Assembly: GCF_006345805.1 (NCBI RefSeq)
Contig: NW_021832880.1
Span: 1-29,763 of the forward strand
Direction: 5' to 3'
DNA: 29,763 bases
Origin: Octopus sinensis
Lineage: Eukaryota
A program made the translations under genes and the position numbers. The number at the start of each line of letters is the position of its first letter. Position 1 is the stretch's first letter. Positions 22,668 through 29,763 of this stretch are shown in pieces. The notes below the pieces were generated by a model. That model made no database searches. It was given only the letters and a program-made list of their open reading frames with translations, and had not been told where the DNA came from.

Positions 22668-23692
22668 AGACAGACGGAAAGTGGGAGTTTACTGCAATCC
22701 TAATGTGCTAAAGCAGTGATTAAGTAAGGGCCAGATTTCGGAACCTGTCGCCAAATCTGGGCCCTTTGAACAAGAGATGATACACTACGTCTGGTGGACT
22801 TATAAGGATATAATTCGCTTCGAGTTCGTTCCGGGCGGTCGAACCATTGATGCCAGCCTGTACTCTGAAGAGCTGGGGCAGATATATGCGACTGCGCGGC
22901 AGAAATGGGAAGCACTCCGTCGGTTACGACGATGAGGGTTCCGGTTGATCCGAATCAACGGAACAGCCTGCTCGTGAATTGAACGTGTAAGTGGCTGAGC
23001 ACTCCACAGATAGGTGTACCGTTAACGTAGTTCTAGGGGATATTCAGCGTGACACAGAGAGTGACAAGGCCGGCCCTTTGAAATACAGGTACAACAGAAA
23101 TAGGAAGTAAGAGTGAGAGAAAGTTGTGGTGAAAGAGTACAGCAGGGATCACCACCATCCCCTGCCGGAGCCTCGTGGAGCTTTTAGGTATTTTCGCTCA
23201 ATAAACACTCACAACGCCCGGTCTGGGAATCGAAACCGCGATCCTATGACCGCGAGTCCGCTGCCCTAACCACTGGGCCATTGCGCCTCCGAGGCAGAAT
23301 TACTCGACATTGGTTAACAGAAAGCGAGCTCTTCTGCACGCAAGACATCATATACCGCTTGAACGACTCGGAATAAACTCCGAACTGATGCCACACCCAA
23401 CATATAGTCCTGCGTCAGATCCCTCGGATTATCACTTGTTCCTATCCATGGCTCACTTCCTGCGCTCACGACACTTCATCAACCAAGAGGAGGTGGAAGT
23501 TTCAGTTGTAGGAGTACTTCTCCTCAAAGGACAAGAACCGGTGTCAGCATGGGATCGAAGAAACGACAGAAAGGTGGCGCCAGATGGTGCACTACGATGG
23601 CCTCCACTTCGAAGGCAAGGCTGCGTTTGTTGTAACCTGACGAATAAAGCAAATAGGTTACCAATACGAGAAGACCTTTCACTCAACATTAT
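22668..23692 (+). pseudogene. Decayed mariner (DD34D-type) transposase, catalytic half, interrupted by a SINE
   Basis: TDGKW (~GDEKW); HYVWWTYKDIIRFEFVPGGRTIDASLYSEEL; YSTLVNRKRALL; PHPTYSPASDPSDYHLFLSMAHFLR (~HPPYSPDLAPSDYHLF); EYFSSKDK...ERWRQMVHYDGLHFE. Possible decayed TIR at 23663-23692. Confidence 0.85.
22907..23292 (-). mobile_element. SINE family D, full length, with 9-bp TSD
   Basis: Head GGAGGCGCAATGGCCCAGTGGTTAGGGC...GGTTTCGATTCCC has tRNA A/B boxes; flanked by GGCAGAAAT (22898-22906) and GGCAGAATT (23293-23301). Confidence 0.9.
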
Positions 23693-23699
23693 GGTAGTA

Positions 23700-23808
23700 G
23701 TAGTGAGACAATACCACTACTACCACAACAACCACCACCACTTCCACCACCACCGGCACTATTTCTCCAACAATTTCTACTAGCACAACCACCAACAACC
23801 AGCATTAA

Positions 23809-23840
<32 letters not shown>

Positions 23841-23874
23841 TTACTACTACTACTACTACAATTACTACTACAAT

Positions 23875-23910
<36 letters not shown>

Positions 23911-24155
23911 AATTACTACTACTACTACTACTACTACTATTATTATTATTATTACTACTACTACTAGTACTATTACAACTACTGCTGCTACTACTACTAT
24001 CACTACTATTACTATTATTATTGTTATTGCTACTACCGCTAATACCACCAACACCAATACCAACAGTACCACCACCACTACTACTACTAATACTGCTAGT
24101 AGTAGTAGTAATAATAGTAGTAGTAGTTGTTGTTGTTGTTGTAGTAGTAGTAGTT

Positions 24156-24193
<38 letters not shown>

Positions 24194-24215
24194 TGTAGTA
24201 GTAGTAGTAGTAGTT

Positions 24216-24249
<34 letters not shown>

Positions 24250-24390
24250 CAGCAGCAGCAGCAGCAATTGTTGTTGTTGTAGCTGCCAAGAAGTCTGCTA
24301 ATATACCATACAACAATAAACACGACATACTACAACGATAACTGCAACTGTCACCGCCACCACTATCACCACCACCACCACCGCCACTAC
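23700..24390. repeat. ACT-rich then AGT-rich triplet array
   Basis: Polarity flips near 24095. Confidence 0.9.
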
Positions 24391-24807
24391 CAGCACGAAA
24401 TACTTTCTCCCCCCTCCTCCCTACGCCCGGCAGTCCTTTCAAATTGTGACATCTTTTAGATATTGACCAATCGGTCACGGAATATATTTCCCTGAAACAA
24501 CAGTCATCTGGGTCAGTGATGTCAGATTTACGGAAATGACACCAACAACGACATCAACAATAACAGCATCAACACCAACACATCCTCCTCCTCCGCCTCC
24601 TCCTCATCATCATACAAATTAACGTCAAAATATGTGGCGGTGTAGGAAAGAGAGAAAGAGAGAGAGACAGAGGTGGGTGGTGCTCGTACACACATTGGCA
24701 CCTGCTTCCGTTGGTTGGCATCGAAACCCATTTCGTTTTGGATGTTGCTTTTGGTGAGGAACGTTTTTACTTTACATTCTTTCCTGGTCTTTTCTCTTTA
24801 GAACAAC

Positions 24808-25480
24808 CATCATCATCATCATCAATCATCATCATCATCATCATCATCATAATCGTCGTCGTCGTCGACGTCATCATCATCATCATCGTTATCACCTCCG
24901 TCATCATCACCGTCATCATCATCGTCGTCGTCGACGTCATCATTATCATCATCGTCATCGTCATCACCGTTGTCATCATCATCATCATTATCATCATCAT
25001 CATTGTTATCACCTTCGTCATCATCATCACCACCGCCATCATCATCATCGTCGACGTCGTCGACGTCATCATTATCATCATCATTATCATTATCATTATC
25101 ATCATTATCATCATTATCATCATCATCGTCGTCATCATCGCCGTCGTCATCATCGCCGTCGTCATCATCATCATCGTCATCATCAGCATCATCATTATCA
25201 CCTTCGTCATCATCATCACTATAACCATCATCACCATCATCATCGTCGTCGTCATCGTCATCACCGCCGTCACGATCATCATCATCCTCATTATCATCAT
25301 CATCGTCGTCGTCGTAGTCTTCATTATCATCATCATCACCATCATCTCGATAACCAAGCCATTATCATTATCGCCACAATGATGATCACCATCTCTTCCT
25401 TTTCCTCATCGTCATCATCCCCATCACCACCACTATCTTCTTCACCGCCATCACCACCATCATCACCATCATTTTTATCA
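24808..25480. repeat. CAT/CGT triplet mosaic
   Basis: Recurring sub-units such as catcatcgtcgtcgtcgacgtcatcatt. Confidence 0.9.
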
Positions 25481-25487
25481 TCATGAT

Positions 25488-25812
25488 GGCGCGCGGCTTA
25501 GTAGTTTGGTTATTTGGCTCACGATTATAAAGTCGTGAGTTCGATTCCGGTGGGGCGTTGTGCCCTCGAGCAAAACACTTTATTTCAACAATGCTCCAGT
25601 CTACTCAACCAGCTAAAATGAGTTATACCTGTAATTCAAAAGGGACCAACCACGTCACATTCGGTGGTGGTATGCAGAAACTCCCTAAGAATTACGTTAA
25701 GGGCAGAAATGACTGTGGAGGGGTGCTCAGACACTTGCACGTTAATTTCACAAGCAGATGCTACGGTTGATCGTATGAACTGTAACACTCGTCGTTGTAA
25801 CCGACGGAGAAC
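25488..25812 (+). mobile_element. SINE family C, diverged copy
   Basis: ggcgcgcggcttagtagtt...gtgagttcgattcc...gagcaaaacacttta...ctcgtcgttgtaaccgacggag. Confidence 0.85.
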
Positions 25813-25814
25813 TT

Positions 25815-26240
25815 GACCATCATCATCATTCTCATTCTCGACTTCATCTCTTCATCTTCCTCCTCCTCGTACGCATCCATCTCCACCACGTCCACCATCA
25901 CCACTACCAACATCTCCTAATCCACATCACCATCATCATCATTGTTACCCATATCAATGCCACCACAGCCATCAATGCCACCAAAACCACCACCACACTA
26001 CCACCAACACCATCACCACCACTACCTTCACGACCACCACCACCCCATCATCATCATCATCATCGTTACCCATATCAATGCCACCACAGCCATAAATGCG
26101 ACCGAAACCGCCACCACCACCACCACCATCACGACGATGACAACCACCACCACCACAACAAGCACCATCATCATCATCATCAACAGCATCATCATCACCA
26201 TAGTTATCACCGTAGTTACTATCATTATCAATAGTGCGTA
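25815..26240. repeat. CAC/CAT triplet mosaic with a 121-bp-period duplication
   Basis: gttacccatatcaatgccaccacagccat at 25944 and 26065. Confidence 0.85.
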
Positions 26241-26354
26241 TGTCACCTCCCGGTTTAAATGTCTCTTGACTTCTTAACAATTTTCTCTTTTCAACTTTTC
26301 CTCGTCGTTATTGCTTTTGTCCGTATGTGTGCGTGTGGATACTCAAAACATGCA

Positions 26355-26960
<606 letters not shown>

Positions 26961-27299
26961 TGCGTGTGCCAGTGCGCACGGGTATTGTCGACTTCCAAAC
27001 GATACATCCAAGTACAGAGTGCCAAAGGTTAATTGTATCAATGTCCTTGAAATATTAGCACCAATTCCAGTTGTTGCCGCCAATTTCAATGAGTCCAAGG
27101 CTGTCTGTTGGTGAGAGTCGATGGGGGGGGGGCGGGAGGCACTCTTGGGACCAAATATGACAACGGTTTTGGTCCTTTTGTAAAGAGCAGTCCCAGAGCA
27201 GTGAGATTAATTGGAAATCAAGCGACGCGGAACACACTAGAGGCATACTAAAAGCTATAAGTAGATTACTGCTACTAACTGTAAGACGCGACAGCAATC

Positions 27300-27688
27300 A
27301 AGACGACGACGACGGTGGTAGTGGTGGTGGTGGTGGTGGTGGTGGTGGTGGTGGTGGTGGTGATGCTGATGGTGATGATGGTGGTGGTGGTGGTGGTGGT
27401 GGTGATGCTGATGGTGATGATGGCGATGATGATGTCAATGGACGCAATGATGGTGGTGATGGCCCAATAACAACCGGTAATGATGAGGCTGTGAGGCTGA
27501 TGATGATGATGATGATGATGATAATGACGACGGTGGTTGTGGTGGCAGTGGTAGTGGTGGTCGTGGTCGTCGTCGTGTTCATAATAAGGTAGATGATGAT
27601 GATAATGATGATGATGATGATGGTGGCAGTGGTGGTAGTTGCAGTGGTCGTGGTCAAAGATCGCAAAAATGACGATAATGACGACGAC

Positions 27689-27723
<35 letters not shown>

Positions 27724-27796
27724 CGACGACGACGATGATGATGATGCTGATGATGATGATGAGGAGGAGGAGGAGGAGGAGGAGGAGGATGATGAC

Positions 27797-27831
<35 letters not shown>

Positions 27832-27920
27832 GGATGATGATGATAATGATGATGATGATGATGATGATGGTGATGATAATGATGATAGATGATAATGATG
27901 ATGATGATGATGATGATTCT
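27300..27920. repeat. GGT/GAT/GAG triplet mosaic
   Basis: Seen directly. Confidence 0.9.
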
Positions 27921-28019
27921 GTTTTCAATCATGCTTACGTCGCCATTGCTTTCAATTGCTCCTTCCTATGAATTAAGTTTGTTTGGTAATTTTAATTAAC
28001 GTGGCGGACGCTTATGTAT

Positions 28020-29298
28020 TTATAAGCGTCTGTGCGTAATTCATGTGTGTGTATATATATACGCATCTACATGCAATGTGTACGTCTACTTTTGTGTGAG
28101 TGTACGAGCTTTATATAAGTGTGTGGTGTGTGTTTCTGCGTGTCTTTGTATGCGTGTTTTACTCATATATGTGTTGCGGTTAGAAGAGATATGGTAGTGC
28201 GTTTGTACGTACTTATGTGTATGTGCATATATTTGTATACGTATGTGTGTGTATGTTTCTGTATGTGTATGTTTGCTTGCAAAGGGTTTAATGCGTGTAA
28301 AATATGTATCTGTGTCTATGTGTGATGCAAGCATAGTCACATGTATATGTGTGCGTATGTATGTATGTATGTGTATGTGTGTGTCTGTCTGTATGTATAT
28401 ATGTATGTATGTTTGTATGTATGTGTAGGTGTGCGTATGTATGTATATATGTATATATGTATGTATGTATATATGTTTGTATGTATGTGTATGTGCGTGT
28501 ATGTGTGTGCATGTATGTGTGTATGTATGTATGCATGTATGTATATATGTATGCATGTGTATATATATATATGCACGGATGTATGTATGTATGTAGAATG
28601 CGTGTGTGTATGTAAATGACTAGAGTGGTTTAGTCAATGTGTAACAGTGAGTGCTTTTGTATGTATATGTGCGTGTGTTTGTGTATGTGTATATTTGTGT
28701 GTATGTGTGTGTATGTGTTTCTATGTGTGTGTGGTGTATGTGTGTGGAAGTGTGTCTGTGCTAGTGCGTGTGGTGTGTGTGTGAATATGATAGCGACTGT
28801 GTGTCTGTATGTGTGTAAGTGTATGTGTGTATGTGCCTCTGTGCGTGTATGTATGTGTGTATATGTGTGTGTATGAGTGTAAGTGTCTGTGTGTGTCTGT
28901 GCCTCTGTGTGTGTATGTATGTGTGTGGCAGGGTCTATGTTCTAGTGTGTGTCGATGTGATAGTGAGTGTGTATTTGTATGTTTTATTTGTGTGTGTGTG
29001 TGTGATTGTGTCTGTGTGTGTGTTTATGTGATCTGAGTGTGTGTGTGAGTATGTGTATGGCAGTGTGTATATGATAGTTTGTGTGAATGTGACAGTGAGG
29101 GTGTGTTTGTATGTGTGTTTCTGTGGTGTGATTGTGTCTGTTTGTCTGTGTGTGTATGCATATCAGCGCGCGTGTTGTGTGTGTGTGTGTATGACAGTGT
29201 GTGTGAATGTGACAGTGAGTGTGTGTTTGTATGTGTGATTGTGTCTGTTTTTCTGTGTGTGTTATGTGTATGACAGTGTGTATATGACAGTGTGTGTA

Positions 29299-29338
<40 letters not shown>

Positions 29339-29385
29339 TGTGTTTCTGTGTGTGTGTGTCTGTGTGTGTCTGTGTCTGTGCGTGT
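28020..29385. repeat. GT/ATGT-rich tract with a recurring ~29-bp motif
   Basis: Seen directly. Confidence 0.9.
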
Positions 29386-29763
29386 GCAGGAGCGGTTGGC
29401 GGGTTGGTAGATTGTCATTCATTGGTGACGCTAAAAACCAGTGACAATGGCGGCGATTTGATGCAGAAGACAGAAAACATAGCTGGAAGTACAAAGACAG
29501 GAAAAGTGTGGACATGAAAACTAATGACAAAGTCAGAAAGAGCGACGATGGTAGGCGTGGGGGAAGAGGCAGGGCGAGAGAGAGAGGAACGGAGGGAGGG
29601 CGAGAGATATGTATATGAAGAGATGGTGATGAGATGTGTGATGATGAGGATGATGGGGATGATGGGGATGATGAAGATGTGGGTGGGAGGTGGAGTTATA
29701 TACTGATCACTGTTCTTACTCGAGATCATCATTGCGACTTCCCTTTCGGTTGTCATGATGGTG

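Noticed and set aside
23215-23292. tRNA-like sequence
   Set aside because: It is the head of SINE D: no acceptor stem, poor anticodon stem, and it continues into the SINE body.
24460-24511. Exon candidates on both strands (IDQSVTEYISLKQQSS and EIYSVTDWSISKRCHNLKGLPG)
   Set aside because: Equally plausible on either strand, so unsupported without RNA data.

Overview
Repeat-saturated eukaryotic DNA, very probably from an octopus. That assignment rests on my recall of octopod tRNA-derived SINE families, not on a database search. I can support no intact protein-coding gene: almost all ORFs in the track are microsatellite translations. The window holds large di-, tri- and tetranucleotide repeat tracts and about 20 copies or fragments of at least four tRNA-headed SINE architectures that visibly swap modules. 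It also holds a decayed RTE-clade LINE 3' end, two decayed mariner (DD34D-type) transposases (one split by a SINE with a target-site duplication), an internally deleted rosa/DD41D-like Tc1/mariner element and a Tc2/pogo-like MITE. Two ~550-bp non-coding elements each sit inside a single microsatellite type, (TATG)n and (AAT)n. The best lead is the (TATG)n-embedded element at 5063-5612. It is a chain of hairpins, has a motif resembling an RTE 5' UTR, and starts with an imperfect HDV-like self-cleaving ribozyme fold whose predicted cut site falls at the element's 5' boundary. SINE family labels A-D are my own working names. Repeat boundaries are approximate to about 10 bp.
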